Below are positions 53,880 through 64,000 of a stretch of DNA of 64,000 nucleotides, piece by piece (position 1 is the first letter of the stretch; each line of letters opens with the position of its first letter). The position numbers were made by a program, and so were the translations under genes. The notes under the pieces are model-generated. The model was not told where the DNA came from. It saw only the letters and a program-made list of their open reading frames with translations, and did not search any database. This DNA is from Rotaria socialis. Lineage: Eukaryota. Location of the stretch: assembly GCA_905331295.1 (NCBI GenBank), contig CAJNYD010000039.1, positions 1 to 64,000 on the forward strand, written 5' to 3'.

Positions 53880-55947
53880 ATGGTAAAAAACGAACATCAA
53901 CTGCAACCGATGTCATGGGAAACTCATCATCATCAACAACAACAACTTGATTATTATATGAATTTACCATCAACTTCGTATACAAATGTCAGTCTAATTA
54001 TAAATAATACAAATAATACAAATCGAATAAATTGTAATGGAATTTCTCAAACAACTATTGATTCAAAACTTAGTCCATTACCAACAGGTGTAACACCTCA
54101 AACTGTTCCTTCGTCAACACCGAAATCTCGATCGATGTCTGGTAAAAATTCGGCATCACCATCCAATGAATTTACTTCATCATCATCAACAACAACAACA
54201 ATAACAACAACGCCACCTCAACCTAAAGAAATTTATGCATGGATGAGTGATAAAAAACATGGAACAAATAAAAGTAAAAATGGTTCGAAAAATCATTCAG
54301 GACAAAACACTACATCAACATCATCATCTTCGTCAGCATCTGGTAGAGAAGAAAAATCTGTTTTTGTTTTCTGTGAATGAAGTGCGAAGATGAGAAACGA
54401 AGAGATGTGTTAAGTCTTCAAGGGTCAACGATTTTCTGAGAAATAGAACGTAAATAAGTGAGAAAAATTCATCGGTCTAGCAGTAAGAAACGAAACAGCA
54501 AATAATGTTAAGGTGTCCTTCGTTCGACACGCATCGCAAACACGTAAAAAATGATTTAATTTATTCTGATCAATTTATCCGATTGCCATCAGGTGATGAT
54601 ATTAGTTTTGTTCGCGTGTCATCCATTTTACAAATCTCAATAGAATTAAGCATGAACATGTATTTGATTAAGAAGAAACAATCTAGACATCGAGGAACCT
54701 ATATAGAAATAGTTATTTGGTTGTCTCATCACTGAGAAAAGATCTAACCGCTTGTTTGTCTCGACCTATACATGTTTTTCATCTTCGTTTACTGACAGGC
54801 GCGCGCGCGCGCGCCCGTTCGCATCTCTTACTATTGACGATGATAAATGACCATATCATTATTCATCCAATACCGCCGCTTTCTCATTGAGCGAATAGGA
54901 TACAGAACATTGAGTCTTGTCATTGTGCTAAAAGGAGAAGAAAGGTTTTCTTTTCTATTGATCAATAGTTAAGATAGTTATTTTCTTTTTAAAAATATTT
55001 TGTCATAGATAAAAGCAATTCGACACCATCAAAACGAGCTCGTACAGCTTATACAAGCGCTCAATTGGTTGAGCTTGAGAAAGAATTTCTCTATAATAAA
55101 TATTTAAATCGTCCACGACGGATTGAACTAGCAGGAGCACTTAATTTAACTGAACGACAGGTAAGCATAGACAATATATAATTTAAATTCAAAAATAATT
55201 CATTTATTTTTTATTTTATTTTAATTTCAATTCGTCGATTATAGATTAAGGTAAATAGCTTTTTTTGATTTCTTTATCGAAATAAAAGAAACATCTTGCT
55301 ATTTTGTTTTTGTTTAGATATGGTTTCAAAATCGGTACGTTTAAACATCTGTCATTTTGCGTTTGCTAAAATACTATTTCTACTTTCTTTATTTTATCAA
55401 TCATTTTTTGTTTTACTATACTACTAGTCGAATGAAAGATAAAAAAGATGGCAAAAGTCGAACAAGCTACGGAGGTGGCTGTGGTATAGACTTAAATAAT
55501 TCTCCATTGGCTACATCAACAACTGAAAAAGATGATTTAAATTCATCTTTATCTATTCGTTCATATCATCATCATCATCATCATCATCCACAACATCATG
55601 GCTACTATCAAGCAGCACCGCCGCCACCACCACCTCCGTCAATGTCTGTATCATTTTCTTCATCATCACCATCAAATTATTCAAAATCATTTCAACATCA
55701 AATCGATTATAATACAACTACACCAGCAGATATGTATGAAATGACAGCAAACTACTGTATGAAACAATCAACAGCATCACCATTTGATACATCAAATTAT
55801 TATGCGAACGGCGTAGAAAATAATCTTAAAACAAATTATATACCTGGTACAACATATGAACGTCCACCCGTATCTTTTGACTCATATTATTTTAATTCGG
55901 ACGCATCATCTGTTGTACATCATCCAGCAGTACCTCCATTTGCTTAG
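53880..55947 (+). CDS. Hox3: Hox3-class homeodomain transcription factor, 5 coding exons
   Basis: Hexapeptide EIYAWM. Homeodomain [59 protein letters not shown] has the PG3 N-terminal signature. Exons 53880-54342, 55009-55160, 55245-55250, 55318-55334, 55428-55947. Confidence 0.88.
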
Positions 55948-58934
55948 AACATATTTGATAAATAATCTCTCTTCTTTGTTCCTCTTCTTTGTGTCTAGTC
56001 TTGATACTATTTCTTTTCGTTTTCGTCTTGCATTCATATGTTCATTATATTGTTGTTGTTAGATGTTAACTTTTCTTTTTTTTTCTTTTCTCTTTGTTCT
56101 ACGACTCGTCTGCATCTTATAACGAAAAATCTATTCTGTAAAACTCTCAGAAGATGTGAGTTCCTTGTACAAAACAAAAAAGATAATGACAGATTAACGA
56201 AGTGAATTTCATTTAATTAACAAGCATAGTTTTCTTCTTTTTTTTCATCGATATAAATGAAATTTATTTAGTATTTTATTCTTATGAAAATTATACTGCT
56301 TATCATGTGATAACACACTACTAACAAATTCGTGTCATTGAATAAGTAGAATCTATATCGTAGACGACGATTGGTAATCAACTAGAACTCGACACGATTG
56401 TAAGCCATCTGATTGTATGTTGTCTAGTAATTTGTTTACAAGGGCGCAGTAACTCAGCTCTCAAAGCAGGGGGAGGGGACACAATATAAGCATAGATTAT
56501 ATTTTTACTATCGTTGAAGGAATATTTCAAAAGCAGAGGAGTTTTTCTTCTCTCTATTTACGCTCCTGATTATTTAGTGAGTGTTAAAACCGTTTCCTTA
56601 TGCATACTATTTTAACTCATCATTGATCTCTGTTATAGTTAACTGGTACCGGCGACCGGGTTCCCGTCAGACAATTTTCAATCGAACGGGATTCATTCAT
56701 CGCTGTGTCGTATCGATTTTGAATAAGATAAATAGTTCGTCTATGGCGAATATTTGTTTTTGACTGTGGCCATCTATCGATTTCGTGATGTCTCAATGAG
56801 AAATTACCAATAGAATGTAAAGTAGTATTGAAATGATCAAAATTGAAATACTATACACAAACGCACACACTCTCTCTCTATGTACGACAGTAGCCATTTT
56901 GTTTTTCGTGGCCTAAACTTGTTCAAATGAATCTTCGCATAAGATATTTTTATTACATTCAACTGATAAGAAATAGACTTATACATGCTTATTATAAATG
57001 TTACTTAGATAATCATTTATCAATGCTTCATGTCTTCAAGGCTTGTAATATACGAGTTATTGTTACTGAATATTGACAGATAAATAAAATTAATTAAGAA
57101 AATGGTTTTAGGCCTTGAAGTTTGTTCAATTCATTTTTTCTGAATACCAAATATAGAATAAGTGTCTAGAATTTATAGATTCGATTGGTAAATCCGTTAT
57201 GTTCGCTACAGAATATTGATTTGACAAAAAAGGATATTTCTTGTCTGTCTATATGTCTCTCTCTCTCTCGCATACCAATATCATGACATTTTCCTCAAGT
57301 CCTTGAGTCGTTAGCATGGAATTATTTCTTTATTTATCAGATCTGCAAATATCTTACCGATGCATGGCTATCTGGAAATTCGTTTAGTTCTCAGTTGAAT
57401 TACCAACTCGATTGTTCATTCGACAACTATTTCTTTTGAATCCTCAAGTAAAAAATTGAAAATCACAAGACGTAGCTCTGTTTTTAATTCAAACTCATCA
57501 TATCATCATAACACTACTAAGAATTTCTTTTACATCATTCACCTGATCAATTTCGTTCAAAATTAAAAGATATACAGACGAAGAATTTCTTTTTTAGCAT
57601 TTGATTAACACATAATTACCCTATATAGTGACCTAGATTACATGCTGTTCCGTGCCATAGGTTTGATAAAACCCCTACTTTTAAAAGTTTTCGGTCTTCT
57701 CTACTCATGATTATTATTGTTGTGTCCGACAATCATGCTGCGCCTAAAATAAATGAGCGTATTGTGCTTCTTTCTTTTTATTTGTTTTATCGCTTGAAAT
57801 GTGTTGATTACAGAATAAAAGTAATACTCTTGAGATTGGCACTCGCAGTAGAAACAATCTCTGTGTAACGAGAAAAGTCTTACAAATGTCATCAATGAAT
57901 CGGCACGCGTCTTCTTCTTCGTTTTTCTTGTTGCAAACTTTGTTTATGTATAACAACCATTAGCATATTGGTGAATTTGTTTTTTTCGACTCAGTAGATG
58001 AGCAACCAAATTCAAGCATACGAATCAGCCAAAACATAAAATATTCTTTTCATCGAAAAATTTCTAGAACATAAAATACAATTAATCTGAACTGAAAAAT
58101 TTTATTTTATGTTTTCTGAAATTAAGGTTGATGTTTGGAAATAAAATGAATGATTTTCATTAAAGATTATTCTGCGATTAAAATTGGACTACTAAATCTT
58201 TTGTTTTAGGTCAGGTAGAAAAACTCTATATCGACATCAACAAAGTAATAACAAAAACAAACTTTGTAGGAGAGAAAAAACTGCTTATGTAGCAGTGTTG
58301 TTTCTGTAAGGTGTATATTATAGTCGATTTAAACATTTTCCCAAAATTTTGAAGATTATATTTGATTAAAAATCGACGGCTGAAAGACTGAAACTGTATT
58401 TTTTTTTGTTATTCTTTTACATTTTTATTAGAATTCATCTTGAAACATTGTTTATATTTGAAACATCGTCGTTAATTTCAATTTTCCGATCAATGGATCA
58501 AAAAAAAGAAAGAAAAATCGAAGATCGTCATATTGATGAAGTCATCAAATATTATTGATTTATAAGTAACATACGAAAATCAAAGACGAAAAAAAAGCTT
58601 CAATTTGTTTGTGTTTTCTTTACGTCCCTTTCGTCACAATTTGTATGACACGAGTCGGAACAGCAACCGATATGTCTCCTTTTTTCGCTCTCTCTCTCTC
58701 TCTCTCTTTCTCATATTTACCTTTTTGCCTGATTGAATCCTTTTCATAGCTCGCGCATCGCTCTCCGATTGGTTATTTAGTCGAACATACTGCCACTTGA
58801 AATCGAATCGAAGTTGGTGTTGTTATTGAAGTATAATATAATAGTAGGTGAAAGCAGAAAAAAAAGAGAGCACACAACTTTTAGTCGAAAGTCATTCTAT
58901 CACGTACAAAATTATTCTAAACTTATTTGGCACT

Positions 58935-61589
58935 ATGAGTGGAAGTATGTGAACTAATCTGATTTTCTATTTTAATGAACGTTTTCCAAATACTTGTTTT
59001 TTTTCTTCTTTTTAACTAATTTTCGCATGAATAGGTCGAATATTGTATAATGTTCCATGTTCAGTTTGTCACGACAATTCATCTGGCAAACATTATAGCG
59101 TATATGCATGCGATGGGTATGTGAAATAAGTGTTCTATTGCTTTTTTTAAACTCGAATAGGTTAGTAATGTTGTTCTTGTAAGATGATGTTGTTAAACAT
59201 CGATATGTTGAGAGAAAACGAAATCGCTTGAAGACATTCTCACCTTTTTCTTCTTTCTTTTTTTGTATAACGATGTGTGTATGTATGTACACACGTCTTG
59301 TTCATACATTAGTAGTAGGCACTTATCGAGATTCATAAGAAGTGTGTCGTACAATGACTGACTCAACCCTTGAAATATACTGCTCCGACTTGTTTAAAGA
59401 GTTGCAATTGGCAGAAAAAAAACTTTATAATGTTAAAAATGAATATTTTAAGCAATGTGTTTTTTTCTTGACGTCTTATGTTAACAAGTCAAACTCGATT
59501 TTCGATCATGAGAGACCTTAGATTGAAGGAAAACCAATAAGAAAAAAAAAGATTTTTTCCTCGATTGAAATAACTTCTTAGGATGCAATTGATTGGAAAA
59601 GAACTAGAATTTCTCAACTTTTTTGTTTAACTTTAGTTGTGCTGGCTTTTTCAAGCGGTCAGTACGGCGCAATCGTATTTATCATTGTAAAAATCGAAAT
59701 AAATGTGTTGTGGATAAATATCGACGAAATCAATGTCGAGCTTGCCGTTATCGTTCGTAGTCATTTATTTCTATTTTTCTTTCATAGTCAATAATTTTGT
59801 TTTCATAGGACGATGTCTTGATGCAGGCATGAATAAAGATGGTAGGATTCATAAATAATATTCGCTAGAAATTTTGCTATTGGATTAAAAGTATATAAAC
59901 TCGAATTCTTTTGCCTGCAAATGAAACTTGATAAACTATAATGACCAACAGAAGCCCCGTCTTGGTTTTTGTGGAACTCACATATATTTTCGAAGAAAAT
60001 AGTGAGTGTAAGTTTAATTGTGAGATTTTTGCGGCTCCCCTCTANTTATCTTATTTTTGAACAAAATATGATCTCACTACACTGAAAAAATAAAACTTCT
60101 ATTTGATCAGTATCTAACTGACCGAAATATGTGAGTTCCACATTTTAGCCCCAACGGGGCTGCGCTGAAAAGCTTTTCCCTAGAGTTTCTAAAATTGAGT
60201 TTCGTTTTTGATTCTTTACTTAAATTCGTTATAATTTCGAAGTATAGAATAACCGTGATTGCCTGGTACAGTCTCAGTATTACTAATGATAGAACTAGTT
60301 CTCAATGATCTTCATGAACTTTAATGTAGAGATAACAGAAAGACTACTCTATCAATCAAACAAAATACAATAGATTGAGTCCGTAATTATGATGTTCATT
60401 TACTAGTGTAAGATATCGTCTTTTGAATAGAAAATGATCTAGCTTGACATCGTTAATATAAAGACTGATTCGTTGTTGTGATCTCAAAAGTGGACTCAAT
60501 GTTTGATACTTTTTACCTGATAGCAGAACTTTCAATTTCTTATCATCGAATAATACTAATTTGTATTTTACAAAAACAAAAAACTAGCTGTTCAAAATGA
60601 ACGCGGTCCTCGACAATCCTTTCCCGATCGACATATGCATATAACAGGCTCGTTTGGTGTTAAGCCAGAGGTAAAAATCTTCGATATTCATTTGAATAGA
60701 TGTTTAAAATTCAAGTAAAAAAAATTCTAGTCAACATATGTTCCTACGGCAACACAAGTACCTTTGTCTAATAATCATGTTCAATCAACACCATTATTTA
60801 AACTTGATTTATATGTTTATGAAATGGCTGCTCGTATTCTTTTTTATATGGTTCATTGGTTACGTTCATTAAAAGAATTTCAGATGATTAGCGTAAAAGA
60901 TCAGGTTTGAAATTCATACTGACTTTTTATTGAAAATATATTTTTGTTTAAAAATCATTTAAGATTGCTAGTCTTCTTCGTTGTTGGCATGAGCTATTTG
61001 TTTTAACTTTATGTGAATATAAATTTGATGTACCATGGATAAATTTAATTCATTCTGGTAAAGTTTTTCTTTTGATAGAGAAAAAATCATAGTAAATAAA
61101 AATCTGATTTTCTTCAGCGAACCGATCAAATGGCTTAGGATTGAATACAGATGGAATTGATATAAAAAATCTATATTTAATGCAAGATATTTATAATCGT
61201 ATTCAACAAATGAATCTTGATTGTGTTGAATATTTTCATTTGAAACTTTTATTACTTTGTCGATGGAGTATGTATTTAGAAAAAGCATATAAACATGAAA
61301 CTATTCATTTTTGTTGATGTATTTTTTAGTAGATCCAAACATGAATAATAATAATAATATGAATGGACATACTTTATTTGGTGATCATTTGATAGCATTA
61401 GAAACTCACGTACGTCGTACATATCCACTTCAACTACAACGTTTCGAACAATTAAAATCTCTATTAACTAATTTACGGGCAGTTTCGTCACCAGAAATTC
61501 AAAATGTTTTCTTTAAAAATGTTCTCGGATATTGTTCGATCGAATTAATTCTACGAAATTTATATGAAACAATAACGGTATCTTTGTAA
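58935..61589 (+). CDS. NR2E1: Nuclear receptor tailless/TLX, multi-exon
   Basis: [44 protein letters not shown]...[12 protein letters not shown]...[17 protein letters not shown] motifs [15 protein letters not shown] and [11 protein letters not shown]...IELILRNLY. Confidence 0.9.
59953..60160. mobile_element. MITE inside a tailless intron
   Basis: TIRs agccccgtcttggtttttgtggaactcacatatattttcg and cgaaatatgtgagttccacattttagccccaacggggct. Confidence 0.7.
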
Positions 61590-61961
61590 ACAGATAATTC
61601 AAATTTAATTGCGAACAGTAATCAATGCGGACGAAATGTTTTTTGTTTTCTTTTTTGTATCAATGTGTGTATTTCGATTAATTCAATTGCTGTTTATTAT
61701 TTGTGTGTGGACTTTCGAATATTTCTTCTTAAGAATGTTGTTCAAAATTTGTTTGATTATATGAGATAAAAAATCTTTGACTAGAAAATACTTTTACTCA
61801 TGTATAACGTCGACATTCATGAAACTATTATCCGTTCCAGAAGTCAAGACAGTCGGTTGTTTTTTGAATAACGTTTGATAGGAACAAGATAGAGACCTGC
61901 GGTTTTCACTGTTTGATAGTCAAGATCCAAACACATATTTGCACAAGCAAAATCTTTTCTA

Positions 61962-62061
61962 NNNNNNNNNNNNNNNNNNNNNNNNNNNNNNNNNNNNNNN
62001 NNNNNNNNNNNNNNNNNNNNNNNNNNNNNNNNNNNNNNNNNNNNNNNNNNNNNNNNNNNNN
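61962..62061. other. Assembly gap (100 N)
   Basis: Run of N. Confidence 0.99.
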
Positions 62062-62478
62062 GCATAAGAAAAAAATTGTATGCAAAAAGTGGTAGTTTTG
62101 AGTTCCAATCACTTTCCAGATCGAATATTTTTCTCCTGGCTATAATTTCGCAAGTCGAAATTATATCTAGTGTTTTTAATCACGATATTAATGAAATTCT
62201 CTCTCCCATGCGCGTCGCTTTCTTGAGATTCTTGAACAAGAAAGTGATGAGCTATGGACAAATCTTGATGTCTGGACAGGTCAAGCATATGAAAACAAAA
62301 GTTCGCCTAGGAAATACTTTTCCTCAATAGTTTAATGCAGCTTTTCTAGTCATATGATAAAGCAGCGGAGCCTTATCACTGAGCTCTATGAGATTTTCGG
62401 AACTAGAGTGAAGATCATAGAGGTTAAATACGAATTTCTGGAATGTCATTCGTTATTATAAAAGTTCTGAGAATCCAT

Positions 62479-62541
62479 GGGATTCCGGGAATCTCGGGAA
62501 TCCCGGGAATCTTGGGAATCTTGGGAATCCGGAATCCGCCG
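62479..62541. repeat. Short tandem repeat of 9-bp GGGAATCyy units
   Basis: ggattccgggaatctcgggaatcccgggaatcttgggaatcttgggaatccggaatcc. Confidence 0.75.
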
Positions 62542-63644
62542 TTTCCCCCTTGCAGAGAATACTCTCAAGCATCGTTGTCTGCCAGAAGAGTTGTACACGA
62601 TAAATAAATATTCTTAGCTCGAAGAGATTAGCAATAATGTGATATTACCCTCGGCCATTCGTATTGGAAAAATAACTTGAGAGTTCTGATAACGAAGGAA
62701 ATCTAGAATATGAAAAACTTCTTATTGTTCTCGAATTAACTCTATTAACTGTATCGCCGTCATTTGATATATGAAATATACGGCTTCAATTGAAAAAATA
62801 TAAAGAAAGTGCTCTTTTTTGTCGAAGCATTAAATAGAAGACACCCAGTGATGCATGTATCGAAACAACACTGATGATGAGAGAGTTACGACAGTATTTA
62901 TATTTTCATTTTAAACTTATTTTGTTTCATCTTCTCGAAATCACTGTTTCTTTGTTACATGTTGCCTAGACGACTCCTAAACAAATTCATAGAAAGAATT
63001 CATTCAACGTTATGAAAGAGCATTTTTTCAGAGAAAAATGAAGAGAAACGATGCAATTTGAAATTATTGACTAAAGAAAAGCTGTTAATTTCGCAGAAAC
63101 CTGTAGGGGATTTTAATCAATATGGCTTTGTTTGCTGTCGAAACACAGGGAGTAAAAATATTGTGCAAACTTGCTTGCTGTTTGCTATTGCTGTTGGATG
63201 AAATCATGGTGAGTATATTTTAAAAGGAAACCTTCGTTGATGATCACAAGCCGATACTTTGCATACGTATACGTAAGTACGATTCCTAATAGAAGTCTTG
63301 TTAGGTCTTGTTGAAAACTGTTCTTTAAAATTATAGTTATAAAGTTCATCATCGTTTCTTTCGATAGCTCTTTCATGTTGAATTAAATTTGATTTCGTTT
63401 TACTTGAACCACTGATATCTACATTTCAAATATAACGTAAGTTTGATTGGATTTAAAACAATGCAAGCTTCGCAATCGAATTCATCAACTCTTTGAAATA
63501 CGAACAATCGAATATATCTCAACAACATGACACAAACTAATTCGTTTCTTGACAATCGATACTTATACAAGAAGAAGCGTTAATCTTGCATTCGACTAAA
63601 TATGTTTTTTTTATCGTTTTAGATTTTTATTAAACTAAGAAAAC

Positions 63645-64000
63645 ATGATTAATCCGGAAAATCAACGGCGAGAATTGTGGAGACAGAAGTTTCCAACTAT
63701 AATTGCTGTTTTATTGTCGATCTTTCAAATGCTTCTCACTTTGGGCATTGTTGGTTGTGAAGTTGGAATTAGTCTAGTTCAGTTTCCACGGATGGACATT
63801 TTCGTAGGATATTGGACGTTTCCAAATTTTATGTGTGCATGGATATCACTCGCAGCCGCAGGTTTGCATCCATATTCATTTTGTTAAAATTAATTTATTT
63901 GCTTTTTTCTTAATCTTTACTAGGTTGTTGTTGTCGAATACGTTGCTGTGGAATAACAGCACTCGTCTTTCAGATTCTTGCTCTCCCTTTGGCTGTGTGT
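63645..64000 (+). CDS. 5' part of a multi-pass membrane protein (MS4A/tetraspan-like), truncated by the window
   Basis: Hydrophobic helices IIAVLLSIFQMLLTLGIVGCEV and IFVGYWTFPNFMCAWISLAAA; intron ~63862-63923; then GCCCRIRCCGITALVFQILAL. Confidence 0.65.

Noticed and set aside
57617..57670. mir-10-like start (taccct...) downstream of the Hox gene
   Set aside because: The seed mismatches and there is no good complementary arm.
61844..62330. ORFs around the gap
   Set aside because: Artefacts of the N run and of repeat-like flanking sequence.

Overview
AT-rich, gene-dense eukaryotic (animal) DNA with many short (~50-70 nt) GT-AG introns. Gene content, intron style and the intron-bearing bacterial-type genes suggest a bdelloid rotifer; this is inference, not proven. 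Left to right: a probable LTR fragment and palindromic TE remnants; two foreign-looking genes (LdhA-type D-lactate dehydrogenase and an uncharacterised protein); a tight minus-strand trio VPS29-ZC3HC1/NIPA-FAM151; a type II membrane protein with ~21 EGF repeats ending in a cyanovirin-N (CVNH)-like module; TMEM199; two inverted LAP2-like LEM paralogues flanking a solitary 5S rRNA gene; a second tight trio NDUFB6-CRCP/RPC9-LEM; UBA1; a 557-bp foldback element; a type II twin-LamG protein; an NKCC/SLC12 transporter; a solitary Hox3-type gene whose helix 3 is split by 6-nt and 17-nt micro-exons; tailless/NR2E1; a 100-N gap; and a partial membrane-protein gene. The strongest leads are the EGF-stalk/CVNH chimera, the Hox3 micro-exons, the operon-like trios and the LEM duplication. 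All splice models were made by eye.
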